DNA of 64,000 nucleotides from the NCBI GenBank assembly GCA_963749495.1, contig CAVVMW010000030.1, positions 160,001 through 224,000 on the forward strand, written 5' to 3'. This document shows, piece by piece, positions 28,523 through 42,200 of the stretch. The notes beneath the pieces were generated by a model. The model worked only from the letters and a program-made list of their open reading frames with translations. It was not told the origin of the DNA and did no database searches. Both the position numbers and the translations under genes were made by a program. The first letter of the stretch is position 1. Each line of letters begins with the position of its first letter. The DNA comes from an uncultured bacterium. Lineage in GTDB: Bacteria; Verrucomicrobiota; Verrucomicrobiia; Limisphaerales; UBA8199.

Positions 28523-31500
28523 ATGAAAAAGGCACAATTTCCAATTGGCGAGGGGCGGAGGTCCCTTCCCTCGACCCTCGACCCTCGGCCCTCCGCCGCG
28601 ATTTCCAGGCCAGGACGGGCCAGTGAAGTTGCCTGCCTTGGGACTCAGCCCCGCTCTTTCCAGCCATTGGACCACGAATGGCCCGGGTCCGTAGGAAAGA
28701 GCGGGGCCGCACTCCCGCTCAGCCTCGGTGACATCTGGTATCTTTGTCGAAACCTTTGTCGAAACCTTTGTCGAAAAGCGGCCCGGTTCGACACAGGTTG
28801 CGACAAAGGCTGCGACAAAGGTGGCAACGGCATCCAAAGTTCGCTGGACTCGAGCGGGGCTTTTGGGTCCTCGAGCGGCGTTGCGCTCGTCGTCACACTC
28901 ATCATGCTGGCCGTCATCACGTTCATGGCGGTCACGTTCCTGGTCCTGAGCCAGCGCCAGCGCAACAGCGTGGCCACCAGCGTCGAGCAGGCCGCCGCCT
29001 CCCATGTCACCGACATCGGCACGCGGCGCGCCATGGCCGAAGTCATGGCCGGCATCAAGGCCTCCTCCAATGCCGCCAACTTCGATTTGCGCGTCTCGAC
29101 CAACTACATCAGCCCATACGGTTTCAGCACCAGCCCCAGCAATTACACACGTCCGGCCAATGTCTCCTATGCTTACCCGAACGGCACCCCCGTCACGGGC
29201 AACGACTTCCTCCGCAACCTGGCCAACCTCCTCTACAGCCCCCGCCCGCCAGTCTATGTCAAGGTCTCGGGCACAAACGATTTCCGTTTTTACCTCGATC
29301 TGAACCGCAACGGCATCTATGACACCAACGGTTGGCTGGTCGAGCGCATCCAAAGCCCCCCCTACAACAGCCCGCCGGTCCTGCCGCCAGTGTTCAGCTA
29401 CTGGGTCGGCGACCCCGAATGGATCGGGGTGCTCGAGAGGCCCGATTATCCGCATTCCAGCACCAATTTCTTCATCGGCCGCTACGCCTACATTATCATC
29501 CCGGCCAGCAAAACCCTCGACCTGAACTGCATCCATAATTACACCAAGGCAAACCTTCCCGCCAGCAGCCTCCTTACGAGCATGGGCGGCTATGATGGCT
29601 TCTCCCGGAACCAGGGCGTCGGTTCCTGGGAAGACAACCTGGCGGCGTTCCTGGTGGATCTCAACACGAACCTGTGGCCGTACCATTCCGGGGACCCCAA
29701 ACCCTCCGGCACCATGCCCGATGGCCGGAGCCGCTACCCCTACACTTATTTCCCCGTCACCAGCGTTAACTACGTCACGGGCAACCGGGGCGATGCCTTC
29801 GACACCGCCCTGGCCCTCATGCGCTACCGCTATGGCCGGCAATACACCGCCGCCGCCAGCTTGCAGCCCGTCGTCGCCATCTTCGGCGCCCGCGGCATCA
29901 CTGGCTACTTCAACAATGGCGGCTTCGCCAACGATGGCTTCGACGATTTCGGCTGCGGCCCCATCATGACCAACACGGTGTGGCCCCTGGATCCCGATGT
30001 CGCGGGCGGCAGGCTGACCGCCAACTCCCCGTACCCCGGCGCGGATAATCCCTACCATTTCCTCACACCCCAGGATTACTTCAACCTCAACAAGAGCAGC
30101 CTGGGGGTGGCTCCCAACGCGGCCAACCTCAGCACCAACCTGCTCCTGGCCGGGCGCTTGACCAACAGTTTCTACGACCGCTACACCTTCTACCGCATGC
30201 TCCAGCAACTGGGCACCGATTCCGCCCCCGAGCCGCCCACGCGGCTCAACCTCAACTACGTGAACGTGGACCCGTGGGGCCATATTGTCCCCAACATGGC
30301 CACCAACTTCATCGCCTGGAGTCTTCCCGGCGGGACGACTCCTGTTCTGCTGGGCAACGGCCAGTCCTACGCCAACGGCGGGCCGGTCCAGTTCTTCACC
30401 AACGCCGCCATCCGTATGCTCGCCAACGCCGGCTACACGATCGGGCTCGGCCCCACCAACCTCCTCTACACCAACCTCAGCAACGGCGCGCTCAGCCTCC
30501 ACATCCAGGTTTGGCCCACCAACTTCTACACGCCCAGCGTTCACCGCCTCCTTCAGGTCGCCGCCAATATCTATGACGCCACGACGGCCAATCCGTTCCC
30601 GTCCGTGTTCCGCCCGGTCTTTACGAGATCAAACGACATTGTCAACGGCATCACCAGGACCGACTTCTACATCAGCGGCTACACCAATTCTGACGATGCC
30701 AGCCTGGGGGGCCGTGGCCCGGGCCCGACTCCAGCCATGCGCGATCTCAACGATCCGAGGCAACGCGCACTCTTGGGCCAAAACCTCAACGACATGGTCT
30801 ATGGCATCCCGGTCATCATCGGCGCCAAGAAGGGATTGCCCAACTTCAACGAGTTGGCGATGGAGACGATGATTCAGATGACGCGCAAGCTGGAATTCCG
30901 CCGGCCAACCCGGGCGCGAAGGTCAACGAGACCAACCAGATGCTCCTGCTGTGCATCTCGAACGTGTTCGGCATGGAGGCCTGGAATTCCTACCAGAGGC
31001 CATACACCAATGATTTGCGGATGATTGCGGTGGTGGACTCCTTCTCCACGGTCACCAACGAGCTGGGCACGGTTCTGATGAGCCGCCTGCTCACCACCAA
31101 CTCGACCACGGACATCCCGCACAACACCTGGCCCGGCTACATGGCCGCCGGCGCCTTCAAGGTCCCCTTCAACCCGGCAACCAACGGATTCATCTCGCTC
31201 AATGGCACTTACATGCCGACGACAGGCACCTTCTTCACTAACGGGCCGGTCTCGTTCGACAGCATGAGGGGCTCGGGATTCCCGGTCCCTCACTGGTGGC
31301 TCACCTTGCGAACGCGCGCCCGGTTCATCCTGGTGGACACGAGCGTGAACCGCATCATTGACTATGTGAACCTGGACTCGACCGAGCCGCCGGTGGACAT
31401 TACGGCCCTGGCGCTGACGAACGGGTTGTGCAACTTGACCTACACGCCCGACGGCAATCCCGGCAGCCTGTGGTGTACGAACCGGCGCGAGGCCTCCGTC

Positions 31501-32891
31501 TTCAGCCCCCCTTACGGAGTCCTGAACCAGATAGGCATCTCCATGGGCGACGTCACCCCGGACCTTGCCGGCGGCCGTTGGAACGATGCCAACGGGATTA
31601 GAAGCGGGACGCCCGACGCGATGAAGTTCTTTCGCGGCCAGTTCATCCCCGACCCGAGTGTGGTCACGAGCAACAGATTCTATGCCCCATTCGAGCCTAC
31701 GCGGACCATGTTCTATGAGACGTTCCTGGCAGGCCAATGACCCGCTGGTGCACTACACGATTGGCGACCTGATCAGCCCGGCACAGCAAACCAACCGCGT
31801 GCAAATGGATATGCGGGGGAACTTCTCCAGCGTCAACAACATCGGCCGCATCAACGGGCGTTACCAGCCCTGGGGCACGCCCCCGGGACAATCCTACTCC
31901 GGCAATTCCGAGGACGTTTGCAACCTGGCCCTCAAAGATCCGCAGGTAACGCGCTCCGACAACTGGGATTTCCCAACCAACAAGATGGCGAACCCCGGCT
32001 GGCTGGGGCGCGTTCACCGCGGCACGCCCTGGCAGACGATCTACCTCAAATCCGTTCCGGTCGATTATCGCCATTGGTTCCAGTGGTCGGGCGACAACCA
32101 GGTCGTGCCGAACCTGGGCCAGGTCTCGACCAACCTGGGGCCCGGTTTGTACAATCCGTACATGCCGGCTCTTGTCCAGGCCAGCGGCCTGGCTTACCCG
32201 CCAATGGTGTACAACCCGCTCCTGTCGCCCACCGTCCAGTCCAACGCCTTCGTGTACGATGCGGTGCTCACGCACCCTACCAACGACTACTACCTGGTGG
32301 ACCTGTTCACCACGGCGCTGAGCGACACCCAGGCCCGGGGCCGGATGTCGGTGAACCAGGCCGGGCTCGCGGCCTGGTCGGCCGTTCTGAGCGGCGTGGA
32401 CGTGCTGGTGACAAAGAACCAGGACATGATTATTCAGCCCGCAGGCGCGTATCTCCCGGCCGCCCCGCCGGGGATGGTCCAGATCGTCAGCGCCATCAAT
32501 AACGTGCGCGCCACCAATTTCGTGGGCGGCGCCTTCCCGCGCCTGGGCGACGTGCTCCGGGTCCCCGAGTTGACGGTCAACTCGCCGTTCATCCCTCATG
32601 CAGGCCCCCTGACCAACTTCGTGAACGACGCCGTCTATGAGCGCATCCCGCAGCAGGTGCTGGGGCTGCTCAAAGGCGGCGAGCAGCCGCGCCTGGTCAT
32701 CTATGCCTACGGCCAGGCGCTCAAGCCCGCCAACAATTCGATCTATACGGGCGGCGGCCTTTACCAGGGGATTGTGCACCAATTACCAGATCACCGCCGA
32801 AACCGCCACCCGCACCGTGGTCCGCATCGATGGCGCCCCCCAAAACCCCAGGGCCACCATCGAGAGCTTCACCGTCCTCCCGCCCGACTAA
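28523..32891 (+). CDS. Large PilX/GspK-like protein (Verru_Chthon A-like, ~1455 aa), frameshifts at ~30909, ~31723 and ~32767
   Basis: G|VALVVTLIMLAVITFMAVTFL without E5; GRYAY, RLNLNY, GRMSVN; four ORF pieces join by single-base shifts. Confidence 0.82.
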
Positions 32892-32973
32892 CCGCCCATA
32901 GCGCAACCTTTGAAGGCAGAAAGATGGGGGTGGAGTGATTTTCCAAGAAAGGAACCAATGATAGGATGAGTGA

Positions 32974-33058
32974 TGAAAACGCAGAGACGCGAAGAACGCA
33001 GAGATGAGAGAAGGCAAACGAGACGCATCTCTGCGTTCTTCGCGTCTCTGCGTTTTCA
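32974..33058. repeat. Perfect 33-bp inverted repeat (REP-like), followed by (TTCGTCA)4 at 33117-33146
   Basis: TGAAAACGCAGAGACGCGAAGAACGCAGAGATG ... CATCTCTGCGTTCTTCGCGTCTCTGCGTTTTCA. Confidence 0.85.
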
Positions 33059-33219
33059 CAGAACCTCCGGCCGTCCGGGACCTCCTCGCAGCTTACAAGA
33101 GAGCCAACCCCAAGATTTCGTCATTCGTCATTCGTCATTCGTCATTTGCGACAGCCCCTCCCTTTTTTGTCGCTTTACTGCCGGTCCCGGTCTTAAATCC
33201 TTGACCTTATAGAGAATTT

Positions 33220-36200
33220 ATGCGACGGCGCCCTATCTTCTGGTTCACGATCAGCCTGCTCTGTTTTGTTGGCGCGTATTCTTTTTGGCGGCTTGGGGAC
33301 CAGTGGGAGGCCAGGAAGGCGGCCGGCCGCGCGGCCGCCACCAACCAACCCCAACCGGCCGCGTCGGCGCCCAAACCGTCCTCGCAGGCGGGGCCCGGGC
33401 CGATGCGCCTGCTGGCCCGCGCTTCGGAAGCCGGCGCCTTGTCGCCCACCAACCTGGCCCCCAAGGCCCGCATCGGCTATCGCCTCAGCAACACGACACA
33501 GCCGCTCCGCCAACTGTTGCGCAATCCCAAGGCGATTCTGCTGGAAAACGCCCTGCTCGATACCGCCCAGTCCACTGACCTGCCCATCCCCCCCTCGCTG
33601 CGCGCCCAAGGCAAGCCGGGCGCCTACCTGGTCCAGGCCCGACAGCCCGTGGATGCGGCCTTTCGTGCCCTGCTCCAGCAGGCCGGCGCCAGCATCGTTT
33701 CCTATATTCCCAACAATGCTTACCTGGTGCGCGCCTCGGAGGCGGCGGCCGATGCGCTCAGGGCGGCGCCGCAGACCCAGTCGGTGCTGGCCTACGAACC
33801 GTATTACAAGCTCAAGCCGTGGCTGTTGAAAGCGGCGCTGGAGCAGATGCCCTTGCCGGAGGGCAGCACGCTGCGGTTGCTGCTCTTTGGCGGCGCGCGG
33901 GCGGCCACGCTGGAGCAGTTGCAGGGCCTGGGGGTGCAGGTGCTGGGGGAGGAGCCCACGCCCTTTGGGCCGCTGGTGCGGGTGCGCCCGCCTGCCGATT
34001 GGCGGGCAGGCCCGCCCCCGGCCCAGCCCGGGGCGGGGCAGGTGCTGGTGGCTGCGCTGGCGCAACTGGCCGGGGTGCAGGAGGTGGAATTGGGGCAGCA
34101 GCGGGTGAGCGCCAACGATTTGAGCCGGGCGACCCTGGGCGTGGCGGCCAATTCGGTAACGCCGACTAATTACCTGGGTCTGACCGGGACCAACGTGCTT
34201 GTGGCGCTGGAGGACAGCGGTGTGGACGCGACGCACCCGGACCTGGTCAACCGTGTGTTTGGGGACTCGACCAACAGCCTGGTGGACAGCGCCGGGCACG
34301 GCACGCACGTGGCGGGGATTATCGCGGGTGACGGGACGGAGTTCGCGACGGTGACCAATGCCTCGGGTTCGCTGGTGACGACCAACGGCACGGGCTACCC
34401 CTCCCAGTTTCGGGGCAAGGCGCCGGGGGCGAGGCTCTATTCGATGAGCGGCGGAACGGATTTTCACCTGCAGCAGGCGGCGGCGCTGACCAATGCCTTC
34501 ATCTCGAACAACAGTTGGACCTACGGCAACAACGAGTATGACATTTACGCGGCCAGTTACGATGCAGCCGTCCGCAATGCCCTGCCCGGCACGCCCGGCA
34601 GCCACCCGGCCCTTTATGTCTTTGCCACGGGCAACGGCGGCATGGCCAACGAGTATGACGACGGCTCCAACGACAACGGCGTGGGCGGCGCCGCCGACAC
34701 GATACTTTCCCCGGCGACCGCCAAGAACGTCATCACCGTCGGCGCCATCGAGCAGTTGCGCCAGATCACCAATCAAGTCGCCACATGCACCCCGGACCCC
34801 GCTTCGACCAATGGCGTTGACTGCACCACCAATCAGCCCTGGCTGACCTCGACCGATTCGGGCGACATCACCAACGGGTTCCAGGTGGCCTGGTCCTCCG
34901 GCCGCGGCCCCGTGGGCATCTTCATCGAGGGCGATACCGGCCGGTTCAAACCGGACGTTGTCGCCCCGGGCACGTTCGTGCTCTCAACCCGTTCGGCGCA
35001 GTGGGACCAGGCGGCCTATTACAATCCCACCAGCACCATCCCGAACCTCTTCACCGGAGCGTCCTTGGGCACCAGCAACTTGTGGTACAATGAGGTCTTC
35101 GTTCGAGCCGATGCCGTCCAACTCACCGTCACGCTGGTTCCCAACGCCGGCTCGCCCGTGCCGTTCCCCAACCTGCCCATCTTCGTGCGCCAGGTGGATT
35201 TCCCCACGAACACCTCGTACGACTTCGTGGCCACCAACCAGTTTTCGATGCCGCCGGACCATCCCTTGAACCCGGTGGATGCGACCTGGTACTACGGGGT
35301 GGGCAATACCACCACGCAGAGCTTCACCTTCGATGTTTTGACGGTCGTCACTGTCACCAACGAGCACGGCAACTTCATGCAGGTGCTCAAACAGATGAAT
35401 GACAGCCTGGGGACCGGGCCGTCCGGGCCGTATTACCGCTATGAGTCGGGTTCGAGCATGGGGGCGGCGGATGTCTCCGGGATGCTGGCGCTGATGCAGG
35501 AGTTTTTCGAGCAGCGGGTGGGCCGCACCAACAGCCCGGCCCTGATGAAGGCCCTGTTGATCAACGGGTCGCGCTCGCTGGGCACCCCTTACGATTTCGG
35601 TACGACCAACCAGCCGAATTTCCAGGGGTGGGGCATGCCCAATCTGCCCGCCACTCTCCAGACCGACTTGACCAACCGCAATGCCGCCTCCAGCTCGATG
35701 TTCCTCTTCGACCAGGACCCGACCAACGCCCTGTTCACCGGCCAGAGCGCCACTCGCTTCATCACCATCTCGACCAACGCCCAGAATCCCAGCACCTCGT
35801 TGCACGTGACCCTGGTCTGGACCGACCCTCCCGGCAACCCGGTCGCCGGCATCAAGCTGGTCAATGATTTGGACCTCATCGTCACCAACCTCGATACGGG
35901 CGACATCTTCTTCGGCAACGACATCCAGACCGGCAACACTGCCAACCTGCCCTGGGACACTAACTCGGCCCCGAACCTCGACATGGTCAATAACGTCGAG
36001 AACGTCTATCTGGGCGCTCCGTTGGGCACCAATTACTCGATCACCGTGGTGGGCCGCCGCGTCAACGTCAACGCCGTCAGCGCCAACACCAACAATGTCG
36101 TCCAGGACTACGCCCTGGTCATCTCCTGCGGCAACGGCGATCTGACCGGCACCCTGACGCTCAGCAACGCGCTCCTCACGGTTTCCGCCGGCGTGCCCAA

Positions 36201-39200
36201 CGTGACCCCGGTCGGCAACATGTTCACCAACACCAGCCCCGACCAACCCACACCCGAGTTCTCCGGCGGCATCCTCCTCCACCAGCACGTGGGCGCCAAC
36301 ACCCCGCTCCTGGGCACCAATGCCATCAACTACCCCCTCGAAGGCAACGCCGTCATCACCCTGGGCATGACCAACCAGTGGCATTTCTACATGATCACCA
36401 ATGACAACGGCTTTACCAACGCCGCCTTCCTGACCTTCATGCCCTGGACCCTCACCCTCCCGCGCATGGGCGTCACCAATGTCTTCAACCCCACCAACGC
36501 CACTCGGCCCGAGGCCGACATCGACCTCTACGTTTCGAGAGATTCCGACCTGACTAACCTCAGCACGACGGCCGTTTCCAATGCCTGGAAATCGGTCGGC
36601 CCCGGCGGCGACGAGACTATCATCCTGACCAACGCGGCCACAGGCGTCTATTACGCCGGCGTCAAGTCCGAGGACCAGTGGGCCGCCGAATACGGTTTCC
36701 TGGGCGTCTTCAGCCTCAATCCCTTGAGCAGCGGCCAAAACGGCAACCAGCTCCTGCGCGGGTTCCCTGTCCCCGCCCCCATCCCCGACGGGAGCACCGA
36801 GCACCCGGCCAGCGTCACCATCTTCGCCGTCAGTCCCGCTCCCATCCGGCTGCACCGCGTCATCGTCCTCAATACCCTCTCCCACGAGTTGGTCGGCGAC
36901 CTGCTCGGGACCTTCACTCATGGCGCCGATTTCGTCGTGCTCAACAACCACGCCACCAATCTCATGGTGGCGAACTGGATCAACATCTACGATGACAGCG
37001 ATCAGCACGACACACAGAACATAGAGGGCATCTTCGCGCCGATTACGGCCCAATTCCCACCGCCGCTAGGCCCGTCGCCGCCGCCGCCCCGCCATACCGA
37101 CGGTCCCGGCAGCCTGATGAACTTCGCCGGCAAGTCCGGCTCCGGCCAGTGGCAGCTCACGCAGGTGGACAATGCCGAGGGGCACACGGGCACCAACGGA
37201 CCGCTCTTCATCTACCTGGAGAAGCAGCAAGACCTCCTGGGCGGCTTCTTTGTCACCCTCGCGCCGGGGGCGTGCGACAACGAATACGTGGACGTGCCCG
37301 CCAACGCCACGAATCTCACCGTCACCGCCACGGTGGTCTCCAATACCGGCCCGATCAACGTCTCGATGCAGCTCTGTCCCCTGGGCTCGGCAACCGGTTG
37401 CAAGAGCACCGTCATCACCAACCAGTTCCCCACGGCGCTCTCGATCGACCTGTTCGACCAGCCCCCGCTCAAGGCCGGCACCTATTACGTCCGCCTCTGC
37501 AACAACGGCGCCGGCAACATCACCCTCTACGTCAAGGCCGCCATCGAGATGAACCGCGGCGCCATCGCCGTCTCCGTCCCCGATTCCGTCGGGCCGGTCC
37601 CCATCCAGGATGACGCCGTCACCTATGCCACCCTGAACGTCACCAACCATGCGCTCATCTCGGACCTGGACATCGGCCTGCTCATCAACGACCCGCGCGT
37701 TTCCGACCTGGCCATCAGCCTCATCAGCCCAAACGGCACCCGCATCCTCCTCTTCCAGAACCGCAGCGGCACAGCCACCAACGGCCTCGGCACCTTCGAC
37801 AGCGGCGCCAACCCCTTCGGCCTGCCCTTCTTCGCCTATACGAATATGGCGCCCTTCTGGACCAACAACTTCGACACCGTCCCGATTGGGCCCTACGGCC
37901 CAGGCACGACCTTCGACGGCTGGACCGTCCTCTCCAACGAGGTCAACATCGTCCCCGACTACAGCATCCCCTGGCTGCAAAACAATATGCTGGTCCTGGG
38001 CGACGGCGTTGTCTCCAACTCACTGCCGACGACCAATTCCTCCACCTATCACTTGAGCTTCCGCGCCACTCACGCCCCCTATATCGTGGGCATGGTCACC
38101 TGGTGGCCGTTCGATGGCGACGCCCGCGACATCTTCGGCGGGCTCGACGGCCTGCTCTTTGGCAACGTGGTCTTCTCCAACAACTGCGAGGTCACGCAGG
38201 CCTTTTACGATCACAGCCAGGCCTACTTTGGCGATGGCATCGCCACCAAGGTATTGGTCCCGGCCAGCCCCGACCTCAATCTCCAACACAAGCCCAGCTT
38301 CACCATCGAGGGGTGGATCAACCCGGCCAGCGTCACCAACCAAGCCCCGCTGACGGAATGGTTCGACCCGACCAATCCGTCCCCGCTCGGGGTCCAGTTC
38401 TGGCTCGGCAACCTCTCGACCACCCAGCCCAGACCCGGCGCCCTCAGCGCCGCGTTCTGGGATGCCAATTCGCCGGCGAATTACTACGTCGCCACCAGGC
38501 CGCAGGCCATCACCAATGCCGGCTGGCAGCACGTGGCCCTGACCTACAACGCCTCGAATCAACTCGCCGGCCTCTACGTCAACGGCCTGCTCCGCCGCAG
38601 CCAGACCCTGCCCGCCGGCGCTGTGCCCCGCACCAAAGGCGATTTCTATCTCGGGTTCGACCCGCCGCCCTCGACCTTCGCCTATCGGGACTTCTCGAGT
38701 CCCACAGGACTCGTTCTCCTGGGCGGCGCGACGGTCGTCAGCAACGCGCTCCAACTCACGCCTGCCGCCCCGAATACGAACGGCGCGGCCTGGTATTCCC
38801 AAAAGCTGCTGTGTTCAAACGGCTTCAGCACCGCTTTCACCTTCCAGTTCACGGGCCAGGACTCGCAGCCGCAGGAAAGCAACAACGGCCTCTGCTTCGT
38901 CTTCCAGAACACCGGGACCAACGCCCTGTCCAGCCCCCCCGTATATGACAGTCTGCAGATGGACTCCAATGCCGTCGCCGTCATCTTCGAAAGTGAAAGC
39001 AGCCGTAATCTGGCGGGCCAGAGAAATAGCGTTTCCCACGTCTGGCTCCAGGTCGGCACCGTCCCGAGGATGGGCGGGGACCTCGGACCCTCTTTCCCCG
39101 TCACGACCAATTTATGCGACGGCTTGGTCCACTTGGGGCAAGTCGAATACGACGGGCGCACCGTAACCATCCTCCTGGACAATTACCCGGTCCTCAGCGA

Positions 39201-42200
39201 GCAGCTTCCGCAACAGCAGACCCCTGGCGGCCCCGTCCCCTACGGCATGGACTCCAGCGGCCAGAGCTGGGTCGGTTTCGAGGCCAGCAGCTCGGGGACC
39301 TGGCAGGGAACCCATGACATCCTGAGCTGGAGCTTCAATGCTAACGGAGCGAACCCTGGCCTCTCCTTCGCCGGCGGCCTGGACGAGTTCAGCCTCTATT
39401 CGCGGGCACTCTTGCCCCAGGAGATCCTGGCCATCTGCAACGCCTCGACCCGGGGCAAGTACGGCACCAACGCCTTGACCACGCCCGTCGGCCTCCAGGT
39501 CTCCCTGGCCACCGGCCCGGGCGCGGGCACTGTCTCCACCTACACCTTCACCAACGGTCTGGACTGGGCCGGCGGCCCGAGCTGGGAAACCAACGCTATC
39601 GATTTCACCAACGTCCTCCAGTTCGCCTATACCAACGGCCCCGCCACCAATCTCACGCCCATCGTCCTGACCCCGCTCGACCCGAACGTGACCGTGGACG
39701 ACTTCGTCCTCTCCGCGCTCACCACGAACGTGCTGGACGGGCTGATGCATTTCACCGACAACACGAATCTGGCCGTCACCCCCATCAAGTTCGCACCCTG
39801 GCCCTACACGCTGTCGAACAGCCCGCCCGCGTTGGTCTCCTCGAACAGCTTCGTGCTCTCGACGGGCGGGCTCTATACCGCCGGCAGCACCATCGCCGGC
39901 GGCACCGCCGGCACGAACATCGGCGTCCGCGACTGGACCGTCACCCAGGGGTCCGTCACCGTGCAGAGCAATGCCATGGTGGATCCGATGCACACGAACT
40001 TCCTGGTCCTGGCCACCGGCGCTGTCCAGTCCGCGCTGCCCACCATCCCGGGCCATCGTTACCAGCTCAGCTACACCCTGCGCGGGCCGGGCGCCGTGGG
40101 TTGGTGGAACGGCGCGCTCAACCCCATGGATGGCCGCGCCCAGGACCTCATCGGCGGCAACGACGGCGCGCTCATCAACGGCGCACAGGCCCTGGCCGAC
40201 CCCGCCTCGAGTTTCGTGGGCGGCCAGACCCTGTTCTTCCCGGGCATCATCACCAACGGCGTTGCCGGCAATCCCTGGTTGGCCAGCACGCTCGAACTGG
40301 GCGACCCCCAGAACCTCCGCCTGACCAACAGCTTCACCATCGAAGGCTGGGTCAAACCGCTGAGCCAGACCAATGGATTCCTCAATGGGCTGCCCCCCGA
40401 GAGCTTCGTCGAGCAGATCTTCTTCCGCGGCGATTCGCGCGATTGCCTGGACCCGTACTACCTGGGCCTCGAGCGCGTTGATAACGCCGGCACCACAACG
40501 GAGGACTACGACATCATCTTCCATATCGAGGATGCCCTGCGCGGCGATTGCGGCGTCATCCTCGAGACCGGCGACCAACCCATCAAGGCCGACAATTGGT
40601 TCCACATCGCCGCCGTCTTCGAGTGCAATTATCATTGGACCGACAACGCCCCCTGGCCCACCAACATGCTCCGTCTCTACGTCAACGGCCAATACTACAC
40701 CAACGTCTATCTCGAAGACCCCTCGGGCCAAAACAAGATTTTGACCTCGTTCACCGGCCGGTCCCCCTTCCGCGACCTGGACCCCGCCTACAGCCCCGGG
40801 GCGGCCATCGGCAATGCCTCCCGCTCGGATTACTCCCAGCCCTTCCGCGGCTTCATCGATGAACTCTCCGTCTATGGCCGCGCGCTGGCCGACAACGAAG
40901 TCAAGGCCATCTTCGACGCCGGCAGCAACGGCAAGGCCGACCCGTTGGCCGCCCCGGCCCAGGGCCTTGCCCAGTTGAGCATCTCCCTGGACGACGTGAA
41001 GATGGACACCGCCAACGGCGACAATGCCCAGTGGACCACCCCCAGCTTCCTCTTCGCTGCCTACCACACCAACACGGTGCTGACCGTCCAGGGCCTTCTG
41101 CCCGGCACGCTCCTGGACGGCGTCACCCTGACCGAGGTCCCCTCGGAGTTGACTTACCTGCCGGAGGATTCCCTGGACCCGTTGCTCGGCACCGATGCCT
41201 TCGGCACGTGGAAACTCGAAATCTGGGACACCCGCGCCGGGCCAAACTCCGCTACGAACCTCGCCCAACTGGTTACGTGGCGGCTCGACTTCACGCTCCT
41301 GCCCAGCAATCCGCCCCCGGTCATCGAACTGTCTCACGGCATTCCTTACGCCAACACCCTCGCCGCCTATGGCGCCCAGAGCCTGATCGTCAATGTCCCC
41401 GCCTGGGCCACCAACGCCACCAATGTCCTCCTCTCGGCCTTGGATCGCTCCGGCAATGCGCTTCCCATGGGCGTTCTCTATGACACCAATTCTTTCCCGA
41501 CCACTGCCGCCAACTTCATTTTCTGGCCGCCGGTCAACGCCCCGGCGACCAACGTCCTCTCCACCAACGCGGCCAGCGCCCCGCTCCTGGTGCCGGGCCG
41601 CCCCTACTTCCTCACCGTCACCAATCCCAACCCCGTGCCGGTCGAGTATGCCTACGGCGTGTGGTTCGACATCGTGACGCTGACCAACTGCCAGTTGGCG
41701 ACCAATTGCGTCGTCGGCCCCGCCGGCGTTCCCCGCTACTTCCAATTCGACGTGACCGGCGTCCCGGGCGACCCGCCGCAGAGCGCCCTGTTCTGGCTCA
41801 GCGCCGCCAACAGCAACCTGACCGTGGTCCTGAGCGAGCACCTGCCGCTGCCCAACCTGGCCCATTACGACTACATCAGCCAGCGCCCCGGCACCAACCA
41901 GCAAATCGTCATGGTCGTGACCGCCCAGGTAACCAACCTGACGGACATCATCGTCACCAACAGCACGCCGTTCCCCGTCCAGATCAGCCGCTGGTACGTC
42001 GGTGTGTTCAACACCACCGAGACCAATGTCTCCTTCTCAGCCGAGGCCTGCGCCGATAATGAGACCCCGGGAGAAATCGAGTACCCCGAACTCATCCCGC
42101 TCACCAGCGGCGTCGCGTATTCGGCCGGGTTCATCCACAACACCAATCACCTGGCCGCGCCCGGACCGCCCCGCGCCTTCTTCTTCCAGTTCCAAATCAC

